A stretch of DNA of 64,000 nt from an uncultured delta proteobacterium (GTDB taxonomy: Bacteria; Myxococcota; Myxococcia; Myxococcales; Myxococcaceae): contig CAVZMH010000015.1 in NCBI GenBank assembly GCA_963776345.1, positions 448,001 to 512,000 on the forward strand, given 5' to 3'. How positions within the stretch are numbered: the first letter of the stretch is position 1; each line of letters begins with the position of its first letter. The notes beneath the pieces were generated by a model. That model was not told where the DNA came from. It did not search any database and saw only the letters and a list, made by a program, of their open reading frames with translations. Shown piece by piece: positions 39,089-53,238 of the stretch. A program made the translations under genes and the position numbers.

Positions 39089-40362
39089 CTAGAACACCCG
39101 GCCATAGCTGCCCGGCCCGCTCTTCGACGGCGCCACGGCCTCGGTCACCGCGGCGTCACCGGGCTGCGAGCCCATTCTCGAGCACCTCGGAGAGCACGCC
39201 GTCCGACACACCGAGGCGGACGGCGACCGACCGCGGCTGCCCGTCCCGCAGCACCCACACCAGGCGCTGATCCGCCCGGAGCGCCGGCGCGGCGGGAGCG
39301 CTGCTCACCATCGCCGGCGGGGCCCGGAACCGCACCGCGGCGTTGGGCACGCGGACGAACGTCTGACCGGTCCGCGTAGACCACCGTCACGTTGGCGGTC
39401 ATCCCCGGCTTGAGCTTGAGCTCGGCGTTGTCCACGTCGATGACCGCGTCGTAGGTGACGACGTTCTGCACCGTCTGGGGCGCGTTGCGGACCTCCCGGA
39501 TGGTGCCGCGGAAGGTCTCCGCGGGATAGGCGTCCACGGTGAAGGTGGCGGCCATCTCGGCGGCGATGCGGCCCACGTCGGCCTCGGCCACGTTGGTGTC
39601 CACCTGCATCTTCCGGAGGTCCTGGGCGACGAGGAACAGCGTGGGCGACTGCAGCGTGGCGGCGACGGTCTGTCCGACGTCGACGTTCCGGGAGATCACC
39701 ACCCCGTCGATGGGGGCGACGATGGTGGTGTAAGCGAGGTTGATCTCCGCCTGGTGCAGGGTGGCCCGCGCATCTGCCTCCTGGGCGGCCGCGGCACGGG
39801 CCTGGGCCTCGGCGACGTGCAGCGCGGTCTCGCTGTCGTCGAGCGCCGACTGGGAGACGAGGGACTCCTTCCGGAGCGCCCGGTTGCGCTCGGCCTGGAC
39901 CTGGGCGTTCGTCCGCTGCGACTCGGCGAGCTGCCGGTTCGCCGCCGCGGTGAGGACCCTGGCGCGGGCCTGCTCCACCGCCGCCGCGTAGAGCGACGGG
40001 TCGATCCGGGCGACGACCTGCCCCTTCCGGACGACGGTGTTGAAGTCCGCGCCCAGCCACTGGATCCGGCCGGAGATCTGGCTTCCCACCTGGACGGTCA
40101 CCAGGGCCGAAACCGTTCCGGAGGCCGTCACCCGGGCCTGGATGGGTCCACGGGAGACGGCTGCGGTCTCGAACCGGAAGGCGCTGGCCTTCGCCTTGGC
40201 GGGCCGGAGCGCCTCGAAGAGCAAGGCCGCCGCGATGACCAGGACGACCAGGAGGATCGGGAGGAGCAGACGCCAGTGCCGTCGCACCCAGCCCGATTGC
40301 GGGCGGTCGACGGGAACGGGTCCCTCGCCCGCGGCGAGAGCTCCGCGGTGCACGGATTCCAT
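39089..40362 (-). pseudogene. MacA-type periplasmic adaptor (membrane fusion protein), frameshifts near 39355 and 39165
   Basis: VQVGSQISGRI, APIDGVVISRNV, AEADVG, LKPGMTAN; VPNAAVRF in a shifted frame; ends VTEAVAPSKSGPGSYGRVF* at TAG 39089. Confidence 0.85.
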
Positions 40363-40550
40363 GGCGTGGCCCGCTGCACCGGGCGTGCCCACAACCCCCA
40401 GTCGAATCCGCGGGATGCGGGCGCGACGAGCGCAGGAGCTGCGCGGCCGACCTCGGGGGCCGGGCGGGGGCGCAGCCGCTTCACCTCACACCGAGTGTGG
40501 CCGGGGATAGGCTCTCCCCGGCGGTCGGCTCGAACCGGCGGGACGGCGCG

Positions 40551-40871
40551 ATGATCGTCCGGATGTGGCACGGGATGACGAAGGCGGCCGACGCGCCCGA
40601 GTACCTCCGGTTCCTCGAGGGGCGCGCCATCCCGGACTACCGCTCGGTGCCGGGCAACCTCGGCGTGCAGATCCTCCATCGGCTCGAGGGCGACCGGGCC
40701 CACTTCCTGACCGTCACCTGGTGGGAGTCACGGGAGGCGATCGCCGGGTTCGCCGGAAGCGACATCGAGATCGCGAAGTACTACCCGGAGGACCGGAGGT
40801 TCCTGCTCGAGTTCGAGCGGACGGTCACCCACTGGGAGGTCTCAAACGGCGACGGCCGCCAGCCCCACTGA
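40551..40871 (+). CDS. Antibiotic biosynthesis monooxygenase (ABM)-like protein
   Basis: MIVRMWHG, PGNLG, TWWESREAIAGFAGSDIEIAKYYPEDRRFLLE. Confidence 0.85.
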   Translation: MIVRMWHGMTKAADAPEYLRFLEGRAIPDYRSVPGNLGVQILHRLEGDRAHFLTVTWWESREAIAGFAGSDIEIAKYYPEDRRFLLEFERTVTHWEVSNGDGRQPH

Positions 40872-40888
40872 AGGGACTGACGGCCGTC
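40851..40888. terminator. Imperfect hairpin downstream of 5S rRNA and at the end of the convergent ABM gene (candidate terminator)
   Basis: GACGGCCGCCAGCCCC-actgaa-GGGACTGACGGCCGTC inverted repeat. Confidence 0.5.
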
Positions 40889-40897
40889 ATTCAAAAA

Positions 40898-41014
40898 ACC
40901 CGGCGGCGACCTACTCTCCCGCGCGGTTTCCCGCGGAGTACCATCGGCTCTGGAGGGCTTAACTACCGTGTTCGGGATGGGAACGGGTGTGACCCCTCCG
41001 ATATAGCCACCGGA
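40898..41014 (-). rRNA. rrf: 5S rRNA
   Basis: Reverse complement contains CCCGTTCCCATCCCGAACACGGTAGTTAAG and GGGAGAGTAGGTCGCCGCCGG; ends approximate. Confidence 0.97.
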
Positions 41015-41185
41015 AAAATCGTCACTGCATACGAAGGGTAGATTCAATTCCTGCCGAGAGATGTGCCGTCTCGATCCAGCGTCCGGAAGCTCGTGACGTC
41101 CGAGCCTGCCGGGACCTCGACCTTGACCTCGAATCCCGTACTCCCCACGGATCTACTTCCAGGGAGCATGCAAGAAACAAAGGTA

Positions 41186-44158
<2,973 letters not shown>

Positions 44159-44396
44159 ACCTTTGTATCTCGAACGCCCCACCGATCAGGGCCGTGGCCC
44201 CCGGGGGATTGTTGAAACTCGAGATCAAGGTCCAGGTCCCCGGCTCTTCGCGCGCGGGACGCTGAATTTCGAGACGTCTGGCCCTGGAGCTCGCGCCCGG
44301 GGCGCCATCACGGCGGCCCGGGTCGATTCCAGAGCAGAACTCTCAGCAGAAATTGAATTCTACCCTTCGTATGCAGTTTTCAAAGAACGGTCGGTG

Positions 44397-44469
44397 TGGA
44401 GCTGATCGGGTTCGAACCGACGACATCCAGCTTGCAAAGCTGGCGCTCTCCCAGCTGAGCTACAGCCCC
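44397..44469 (-). tRNA. tRNA-Ala(TGC), CCA not encoded
   Basis: GGGGCTGTAGCTCAGCTGGGAGAGCGCCAGCTTTGCAAGCTGGATGTCGTCGGTTCGAACCCGATCAGCTCCA. Confidence 0.97.
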
Positions 44470-44513
44470 GGGAAGAGAAGACAGCGACTCGGTCCACCTA
44501 CCCCGTACAGCCT

Positions 44514-44587
44514 TGGGCCTAGGTGGACTCGAACCACCGACCTCGCGCTTATCAGGCGCGCGCTCTAGCCAGCTGAGCTATAGGCCC
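44514..44587 (-). tRNA. tRNA-Ile(GAT), CCA not encoded
   Basis: GGGCCTATAGCTCAGCTGGCTAGAGCGCGCGCCTGATAAGCGCGAGGTCGGTGGTTCGAGTCCACCTAGGCCCA. Confidence 0.97.
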
Positions 44588-44791
44588 GCTCCCGCTCGAG
44601 CGCTCCACGTACCAACGGAAAGTTCAAAGAGCGAGCCTGCAACCACCGGCTCGGCCTCTCAAAACCAGACAGCAAGTCCTTTTCGACGACTGCATTCGGA
44701 AACCGCCGTTGACCTAAAGGTCGACCACTCCGGAGCAGAGCTCCAGCGGGATGGGCCATGTCGATGCCGAAGCACCAACCCCATCCCAGGG

Positions 44792-46347
<1,556 letters not shown>

Positions 46348-46623
46348 AAATATTGAAGGATTTGAACTGGCGTATCTCCTCCTCGAACCGTCGTCCTCGG
46401 GCGGGCCCTCACGGGCGTACCCTCGGAGTCCAGACCGAACAGGAGTCGCTGTTCGGGACACGCCGCCTCTCCTCGACTCCGCCTCGCGGCGGACCCGGGT
46501 GAAGACGTGCGCATCCAATTGAATTGACTGCGGTTTCCGCAATCGTCTTGGACTTGCTATCCGGTTTTCAAAGACCGAGCCGCCGTCCTCCGGACCGTCA
46601 CCGGTCCGTCTGGCGGGCCGACC

Positions 46624-46652
46624 CTTCTACGGTCGGCATCTGAGGCTGTCAA
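46624..46652 (-). promoter_or_regulatory. rrn sigma70-type promoter (proximal)
   Basis: TTGACA-17 nt-TAGAAG on the minus strand. Confidence 0.65.
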
Positions 46653-46781
46653 GCATCCCGCGCGGGGCGGGAACCCAGTGCTTTCAAGGACCTGGACCAG
46701 CATCCCTGAGGGGTTCTGGGGGCCTCGGAGAGGAGCCAACCCACCGCTGATCCGGGGGTGGTTCATCCGAAGGGGTCGGTG

Positions 46782-46810
46782 TCTATACCGTCATGACCCG
46801 AACCTGTCAA
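46782..46810 (-). promoter_or_regulatory. rrn sigma70-type promoter (middle)
   Basis: TTGACA-17 nt-TATAGA on the minus strand. Confidence 0.7.
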
Positions 46811-46994
46811 CCCAGGGTGCTCACTGCCGTTTCCGGCATTCCCCGGGTGGTCCGTCCTGCAGAGCGCGGTGACCGGACCCGCCCGAGCCCGCGCCGAACC
46901 TATTCCATTGTCGTGCGACCCTTCCCCAGCACCACGCCCGCTCCCCGAGGGAGCGACCACCCACCGCCCTCGCCCGACTGCTGTGAGGGGCGCG

Positions 46995-47651
46995 CTAGAT
47001 AGAGAACTCGGCCCGCTGTGTCAACTCCCTCTGCGCGGCGCGTCGAAGCCCGAGGCTCACGAGGTCCACCCTCCCCCTCCGGCACCGCTCGGCGGTGACG
47101 ATGGCCTCCAGCTCCTCGTAGGCCCGATCCACCGAGTCGTTCACCACCAGGTAGTCGTACGCCCGGGCCCCGTGCTCGAGCTCCGAGCGCGCGGCCAGCA
47201 TCCGCCGCCGGATGGAGTCCTCGCTCTCCGTCCCCCGTTCCCGGAGGCGCCGCTCCAGCTCCGCCATGCTCGGGGGAAGCACGAAGACCAGCACCGCTTC
47301 GGGGAACCGCCGCTGGATCGACTGCCCGCCCTGCACGTCGATGTCGAAGACCGCGATGCCCCCGGTGGAGAACGCCCGGTCCACCGCCGACTGCGGGCTA
47401 CCGTAGAAGTTGCCGTGCACCTCGGCCCACTCCACCAGCTCGTCCCGCTCGATCATCCCCTGGAAGGTGAGCGAGTCCACGAAGTGGTAGTCCACCCCGT
47501 CGCGCTCCGCCCCCCGCGGCTCGCGGGTGGTCATGCTGACGCTGAACGCCGCCTCCGGATGCGCCCCCACGAAGCGCCGGGCGAGCGTAGTCTTCCCCGT
47601 CCCCGAGGGGGCCGAGAGCACCAGCAGGAGGCCTCGGTGGATGGCGGTCAT
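46995..47651 (-). CDS. gmk: Guanylate kinase
   Basis: SAPSGTGKTT, TTREPRGAERDGVDYHFV, EWAEVHGNFYG, DIDVQG, LPPS. Confidence 0.97.
   Translation of the reverse strand: MTAIHRGLLLVLSAPSGTGKTTLARRFVGAHPEAAFSVSMTTREPRGAERDGVDYHFVDSLTFQGMIERDELVEWAEVHGNFYGSPQSAVDRAFSTGGIAVFDIDVQGGQSIQRRFPEAVLVFVLPPSMAELERRLRERGTESEDSIRRRMLAARSELEHGARAYDYLVVNDSVDRAYEELEAIVTAERCRRGRVDLVSLGLRRAAQRELTQRAEFSI
46996..47024 (-). promoter_or_regulatory. rrn sigma70-type promoter (distal, overlapping gmk 3' end)
   Basis: TTGACA-17 nt-TATCTA followed by GC-rich GCGCGCCCC discriminator-like sequence. Confidence 0.6.
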
Positions 47652-48526
47652 TCGACGTTCTGGACCTGCTCGCGGATCCGCTCCAGCTCCGCCTTGAGCT
47701 CGACGATCCGGGTGGAGATCTCAGTGGACTGGCTCTTGCTCCCGGTGGTGTTCACCTCCCGGTGCATCTCCTGGACGAGGAAGTCCATCCGCCGGCCGGC
47801 CGGCTCGCTCGCCCCGAGGAAGCCCCGGAACGCGTCGAGGTGCGCCTGGAGCCGCGTCGCCTCCTCCGCCACGTCCGTCCGCTCGGCGAAGAGCGCCACC
47901 TCCTGCACCAGCCTCGCCTCGTCCACCGGTGCGCCCTTCAGGAGCTCCGCCACCCGCTCGTGCAGCCGGGCCCGGTAGCTCTCCACGGTCCTCGGGGCCA
48001 GCGCCGCGACCTCGGCCGCGAGCGTGGCCACCCGGGCGAGCCGCGTCGAGAGGTCCGCCTCCAGCGCCCGCCCTTCCCGCTCGCGCATCGCCACCAGCGC
48101 GCCCAGCGCCTCGGCCAGCGCCCGGTCCAGCGCGTCCTCGGCCACGGCGAGGTCGGTCACCGGCTCCTCCATCCGCACCACCCCGGGCTGGTTGGCGATC
48201 TGCGCCGCGGTCGGCACGTCGGCCAGCTCCACCGCCCGCGCCACCGCCCGCAGCGCCTCGCGCCAGGCCCGGGCCATGGCCTGGTCCACGGTCGGCACCG
48301 CGCCGCTCGCCGTGCTCGCGCTCCGGCGCACCGCCACGTCCACCGCCCCGCGCACGCAGCGCGCCCGCACCGCCTTGAGCACCGCGGGCTCCAGCGCCGT
48401 CAGCTCGCGCGGAAGCCGCACCTTCACCTCGAGGTGCTTGTGGTTCACGGCCCGGACCTCGACGGAGAGCTCCTCCTCCCCGGCGCGCGCCCGACCCGTC
48501 CCGAAGCCGGTCATGCTCTTGAGCAT
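47648..48526 (-). CDS. yicC: YicC/YloC-family endoribonuclease
   Basis: MLKSMTGFG, RAVNHKHL, GRRMDFLVQEMHREVNTTGSKS, IREQVQNVE; upstream of gmk. Confidence 0.95.
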   Translation of the reverse strand: MLKSMTGFGTGRARAGEEELSVEVRAVNHKHLEVKVRLPRELTALEPAVLKAVRARCVRGAVDVAVRRSASTASGAVPTVDQAMARAWREALRAVARAVELADVPTAAQIANQPGVVRMEEPVTDLAVAEDALDRALAEALGALVAMREREGRALEADLSTRLARVATLAAEVAALAPRTVESYRARLHERVAELLKGAPVDEARLVQEVALFAERTDVAEEATRLQAHLDAFRGFLGASEPAGRRMDFLVQEMHREVNTTGSKSQSTEISTRIVELKAELERIREQVQNVE

Positions 48527-48576
48527 GTCCCCAGGGGTGCTAGGAGGCGCCGCACCCGGTCGTCAAGGCCCACCTG

Positions 48577-49659
48577 ATGCAACCCTGGCACAAGCGACTG
48601 GAAGGCACGGGAAAGAGGACCCTGGCACGGGTGGCGTCGCTGGCCTTCCGGAGGCCGGCCCGCGCCTTGCCCCCGGGGCTCGGCCGGGTCCTCCTGGTCC
48701 GGGTCGACGACCGGGTCGGAGAGGCGCTCCTGACCACCCCGCTGGCGGTGACGCTGAAGCGGCTCCGGCCGGCGCCGCGAGTCGACGTCCTCGTGCATCG
48801 CAAGACGGCGCGCGTCCTCGACGGGCACCCCGCGGTGGACCGCATCCTCACCCTCGACCGGCGGCTCCTCGGCCTCGGCCCGCTCGCGCCCGGCATCCGC
48901 GCCGTCCGGAGCGCCGGCCCCTGGGACGTGGTCGTCGACTGCGGGAACTGGGAGGTCCCGGGCGTCACCTCGGCGCTGGTCTCCCGCCTCGTGGCCGGAC
49001 CGGCACAGGTCATCGGGCCCGCGGTCGCGCCCACCGGTCCACTGCACGATCTTCCCGTACCCGCGCGCGCGGATACCCGCTCCGAGCTCGCCCAGCGGCT
49101 GAATCTCCTGTCGCCGCTTCTCGAGCCTCCGCGGCTGCTCCCCACGTTCCGGATACCGCGGGTCGCGGAATCGCTGGCCCCGCTCCTCGCGCAGGCGCAC
49201 GCATCGCCTCACGCCGTGCTCGTTCCCGGCGGCCGTCTCGGATGGAGACGCATCCCTCCGGAGCTCCTTGGCGTGGCCGCCCGCGCGCTCCAGGAGGCCG
49301 GCCGCACCGTCATCGTCGCCTGGGGACCCGGTGAGGAGGAGCTCGCGAGGAGCATCGTCGCCGCCAGCGCCGGTGCACAGCTCGCGCCTCCGACGGATCT
49401 CGACGGGCTCGCCGCGCTGCTGGCCGCCGCCGGATGCACTGTCTGCAACAACTCCGGGCCGATGCACCTGTCCGTGGCCGTCGGGGCGCCCACCCTGGCC
49501 CTGTTCCTCAGGATGGACCCCGAGCGCTGGGGCTACCGCGAGCCACCACACGCGGTGCTCGACCTCACGCCCCTCATCGAGGACTCGACCCGGGCCGCGC
49601 AGGAGGCGCACCGGGCCGTCCGGGCCTTCACGCAGGGGCTGGGACCACGCCGGGCCTGA
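48577..49659 (+). CDS. Glycosyltransferase family 9 (LPS heptosyltransferase-like)
   Basis: LLVRVDDRVGEALLTTP, WGPGEE, NNSGPMHLSVAVGAPTLALF. Confidence 0.9.
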   Translation: MQPWHKRLEGTGKRTLARVASLAFRRPARALPPGLGRVLLVRVDDRVGEALLTTPLAVTLKRLRPAPRVDVLVHRKTARVLDGHPAVDRILTLDRRLLGLGPLAPGIRAVRSAGPWDVVVDCGNWEVPGVTSALVSRLVAGPAQVIGPAVAPTGPLHDLPVPARADTRSELAQRLNLLSPLLEPPRLLPTFRIPRVAESLAPLLAQAHASPHAVLVPGGRLGWRRIPPELLGVAARALQEAGRTVIVAWGPGEEELARSIVAASAGAQLAPPTDLDGLAALLAAAGCTVCNNSGPMHLSVAVGAPTLALFLRMDPERWGYREPPHAVLDLTPLIEDSTRAAQEAHRAVRAFTQGLGPRRA

Positions 49660-49764
49660 GGCGGGACCGCAGCACTGGTCTCGTGGCTCGAGGTCCGATC
49701 GAGCGTCCCAGACTGTTTTCCGAGTTGAACGTGGGAACCCCCTCCACCCAGACTGCCCCTGTCC

Positions 49765-50487
49765 GTGGCCCGATTCGATTTCAAGGACGCGCCCAGCACC
49801 CGGGCGTTCATCTGCGGGCACGTGGCCGCCGGGGACCCCGTCCTCTACGTGTCGCACGACGACGACGGCGACTGGCAGTTCCTCTGCGGACGGGTACACG
49901 ATCCCGAGGCCAACCACAGGCCGCTCCTGGTCTGCCTCGAGGATGCGGTCCGTCTCGATCCAGCCGTGAACGACCTCGCGGAGCTGTGCATCAACCACCA
50001 CGCCGAACGCGCCTCCCCATCGGCTCCCTGGTCGATCACCGACGACGGCGAGGGATTCATCCGACGCTGCGTCGAGGAGTTCGGCTGGGCGATCCAGCTC
50101 GTGGCGGAGGGCGAGTCGCCGGCAGAGCACGCGTTCGCGTACACGATCGGACTCGAGCACTCCTTCGGACACCCGGAGCTGATCATCCTCGGGCTACCGC
50201 AGCCGGTGATGAAGGACGTCCTCAACGAGGTTGGGGGAAGGATCAAGGCCGGCGCGCGCTTCTCCCCAGGCGATCGCCTCGATGACGTCCTCGAGCGCTT
50301 CCCCGTGCTCCTCCGCGAGGTGCGGAGCCCGGACAGCTTCAAGGAGCACGTCGGATACGCGCTCTGGTTCTACGCTGGCCGGCCGTTTCGGCTTCTTCAG
50401 GTCGTCTGGCCCGACAAGGAAGGACGGTTCCCGGGTCAACAGGGGGCCGCTGATTCGCTGAGGGATCTCCAGCCACTCCTTCCCTGA
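49765..50487 (+). CDS. DUF4262-like protein with N-terminal DUF2185/immunity-like domain
   Basis: N-terminal VLYVSHDDDGDWQFLCG; C-terminal FAYTIGL..GHPELIILGL..LQVVWPDKEGRFP. Confidence 0.7.
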   Translation: MARFDFKDAPSTRAFICGHVAAGDPVLYVSHDDDGDWQFLCGRVHDPEANHRPLLVCLEDAVRLDPAVNDLAELCINHHAERASPSAPWSITDDGEGFIRRCVEEFGWAIQLVAEGESPAEHAFAYTIGLEHSFGHPELIILGLPQPVMKDVLNEVGGRIKAGARFSPGDRLDDVLERFPVLLREVRSPDSFKEHVGYALWFYAGRPFRLLQVVWPDKEGRFPGQQGAADSLRDLQPLLP

Positions 50488-50685
50488 ACGAGCCGGCGCG
50501 GCCGGCGCCGCCGTGGGCGGGGGAGCGCCACCGTAGCGCACGCCGCAGGGCCGCACGAGCCTCGTGCCGCTGACCGCGCCCAGGAAGTCCGCCACCTGCG
50601 CACCATCCCTCCCGTCTCTCCCCTGCGGCTCGATGGCTGACGCCGAGGAGGCAGGAGCGAGGCGCTGGTCGTCAGCCGGGGCGCG

Positions 50686-51171
50686 TCAGGGCGTCTCGCG
50701 TTCGAGCCGCTCCAGCAGCTCCGTGGTGCTGTGGTCCTTCGGGTCTCCGGCGATCGCCACCCGGCCGCCCCAGGCCGCGAGCTCGTCCCGCTCGGGCACC
50801 GTCTCCGGCGTGTAGTCGGTTCCCTTGACGTGGAGATGCGGCCGGAGCCGCCGCAGCACCGCGCGCACGTCGGGCTCGCCGAAGAGCACCACGTGGTCCG
50901 TGCAGCCCAGCGCCGCCACCAGCTCGGCCCGCTCCGCCGCAGCGATCCTCGGCCGACCCGGGCCCTTCAGCGCCCGCACCGAGGCGTCGTCGTTCACCGC
51001 CACCACCAGCACGTCGGCCAGCGCCTTCGCACCCTCGAGGTACCGGACGTGCCCCACGTGCAGGAGATCGAACGCCCCGTTCGCCAAGGCCACCGTCTTC
51101 CCCGCCTCGCGCGCAGCCTCCACCGCCGCCGCCACCACCTCCAGCGGCTGTACCTTCCCCGCCGTGGTCAC
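50686..51171 (-). CDS. D-glycero-beta-D-manno-heptose 1-phosphate adenylyltransferase (RfaE domain II / HldC type)
   Basis: [42 protein letters not shown]. Confidence 0.92.
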   Translation of the reverse strand: MTTAGKVQPLEVVAAAVEAAREAGKTVALANGAFDLLHVGHVRYLEGAKALADVLVVAVNDDASVRALKGPGRPRIAAAERAELVAALGCTDHVVLFGEPDVRAVLRRLRPHLHVKGTDYTPETVPERDELAAWGGRVAIAGDPKDHSTTELLERLERETP

Positions 51172-52148
51172 CGGCCCGCCAGCTCCGCCGCGAGCTCGTC
51201 CGCGGTCACCGGCGCCGTCCCGGGCTTCAGCACCACCAGCGCCCCCGCCACGTTCGCCAGCTCCGCCGCCGCACGCGCCGGCGCACCGGCCGCGAGCCCG
51301 AGCGTGAACGCCGCCATCACCGTGTCGCCCGCGCCGGTGACGTCCACCGCCGCCCGCGTCCCGTGCGCCGGGAGCAGCTGCACCGCCCCGCCTCGCTCGA
51401 GCACCGCCATCCCGCGCCGGCCCCGCGTCACCAGGAGCACCTCGGCATCGAGCGCCTCCAGGCCCGCCGCCGTCGCGCGCTCCAGCGCCGCGTCGTCCTC
51501 CACCGGAAGCCCGGTCAGCGCCGCCAGCTCGGGCTCGTTCGGCTTCGCCGCGCGGAACCCCGCCAGCGACCCGAGCGCGTAGCGGGAGTCCACCGAGACC
51601 AGGAGCCCGCTCGCCGCCAGCCGGCGCAGCGCCGCCCGGGTCGCCTCACCGATCACCCCTCCCCCGTAGTCGCTGACCAGCACCGCGTCGGCCCCCTGCG
51701 CCGCCTCCTCCAGCGCCCGCGCCACCCCCTCCGCCACCTTCGCCGCCAGCGGCAGCGGGTTCCCGCGGTCGAGCCGCAGCATCTGCTGCCGCGTGGTGTT
51801 CAGGCCGCCGGCGAGGATGCGCGTCTTGGTCTCGGTCACCGGCGCGTCCACCGCCACCAGCCGGATGCCCCGCTCGGCGAACCGGCCCCGCAGCGCCTCT
51901 CCCATCTCGTCGCGGCCGAGCACCCCCACCGCAGTCACCTCGGCCCCCAGCGCCCGCGCGTTCGCCGCCGCGTTCCCCGCTCCGCCCAGCGTCACCTCGG
52001 ACGACTCGTGCCGAACCACCAGCACCGGCGCCTCGCGGCTCACCCGGTCGGTCTGGCCCGAGACGTAGTGGTCGGCAACCAGGTCCCCGAGCACCACCAG
52101 CTTGCGCGAGCGGAAGGCCGAGAGCAGCCGCGACAGATCGGACGCCAC
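51168..52148 (-). CDS. Heptose 7-phosphate kinase (RfaE domain I / HldA type, PfkB family)
   Basis: [47 protein letters not shown]. Confidence 0.92.
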   Translation of the reverse strand: MASDLSRLLSAFRSRKLVVLGDLVADHYVSGQTDRVSREAPVLVVRHESSEVTLGGAGNAAANARALGAEVTAVGVLGRDEMGEALRGRFAERGIRLVAVDAPVTETKTRILAGGLNTTRQQMLRLDRGNPLPLAAKVAEGVARALEEAAQGADAVLVSDYGGGVIGEATRAALRRLAASGLLVSVDSRYALGSLAGFRAAKPNEPELAALTGLPVEDDAALERATAAGLEALDAEVLLVTRGRRGMAVLERGGAVQLLPAHGTRAAVDVTGAGDTVMAAFTLGLAAGAPARAAAELANVAGALVVLKPGTAPVTADELAAELAGR

Positions 52149-52203
52149 GTTCGCCCTCGCTTGTCCCACACCCCGGCCCCCCGGCGCCAATTCCTCGCCC
52201 TCC

Positions 52204-53238
52204 TCAGGCCGAGAGGAGCCGGTCCAGGAGCTCCTCCCCCTCGAGCACCTGCACCCCGAGCCGCAGCACGTGCACCGCGGCGCCCTCGGGACACCGCACC
52301 CGGTCCTTCTCCGTGGTGACCAGCCAGGCGCCCGCGCCGGACGCCTGGCGCTCGAGCGCCCGCAGCTCGTCCGCGCCGAACGGGTGGTGGTCCGGGAAGC
52401 CGGTGAAACCCACCACCTCCGCCCCGAGGCCCTCGAGCGTCCGCCGGAACCCCGAGGGCCGGCCGATCCCGGCGAATCCCACCACGCGGCGGCCGCGCAG
52501 CACGTCGGCCGGATGCACCTCGCCCTCCGGATCCACCAGGTCGCGCGGCCCGTGAAGTGCCCGCACGCGCGGCACTCCGGCCGGCCACGGCACCGGCACC
52601 GGTGTCTCGGCCGCACGCACCCAGAGCAGGCTCGCCCGACAGAGCGCCCAGGCCGGCTCGCGCAGCGGCCCCCGCGGCAGCAGGTGCCCGTTGCCCAGCC
52701 CCACCGCCTCGTCCACCACCACCACGTCCACGTCTCGCGCGAGCTGCCAGTGCTGGAAGCCGTCGTCGAGCAGCGCCACCCCCGCCCCGCACCGCGCCGC
52801 GAGACGGGCCAGCGCCACCCGGTTCGCGCCCACCCACACCTTCGCTGCCGGCAGGCCGCGGGCCAGCATCAGCGGCTCGTCCCCGCACCGCGCCGCCTCC
52901 GGCCAGGGGGGCCCCTCGACCCGGACGTCCGCCGTGGCCTCGCGCCCGTGTCCGCGGCTCAGGATGGCCACCGGCCGGCCCTGCGCGAGCAACCGCTCGG
53001 CCAGCGCACGCACCACCGGCGTCTTCCCCGTCCCGCCCACCAGCACGTTCCCCACCGAGATGACCCGCAGCCCGGGCACCCGCTCGGCCCGGATCCATCC
53101 CCGCGCCCGCGCCGCGGTCCTCGCCTGCACCCCCGCCGCGAACAGCGCCTCGGCGAACGCGAGCGGAGACAGGGCGAGCTCTCGCAGCGGGCCTTCCGGA
53201 CGCTCCGGATAGAAGAGCCGCTCGAGCCAGGCGCTCAT
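52204..53238 (-). CDS. lpxK: Tetraacyldisaccharide 4'-kinase
   Basis: ISVGNVLVGGTGKTP, ILSRGHG, GDEP, LDDGFQH, LPRGPLRE, FPDHH, TTEKD. Confidence 0.96.
   Translation of the reverse strand: MSAWLERLFYPERPEGPLRELALSPLAFAEALFAAGVQARTAARARGWIRAERVPGLRVISVGNVLVGGTGKTPVVRALAERLLAQGRPVAILSRGHGREATADVRVEGPPWPEAARCGDEPLMLARGLPAAKVWVGANRVALARLAARCGAGVALLDDGFQHWQLARDVDVVVVDEAVGLGNGHLLPRGPLREPAWALCRASLLWVRAAETPVPVPWPAGVPRVRALHGPRDLVDPEGEVHPADVLRGRRVVGFAGIGRPSGFRRTLEGLGAEVVGFTGFPDHHPFGADELRALERQASGAGAWLVTTEKDRVRCPEGAAVHVLRLGVQVLEGEELLDRLLSA

Noticed and set aside
37110..40362. Programmed ribosomal frameshifting in the MacAB-like genes
   Set aside because: Too many shifts, in both directions, with no slippery heptamers; error or decay is more parsimonious.
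44397..44587. tRNAs lacking encoded CCA as a novelty
   Set aside because: Common in many bacteria, where CCA is added post-transcriptionally.
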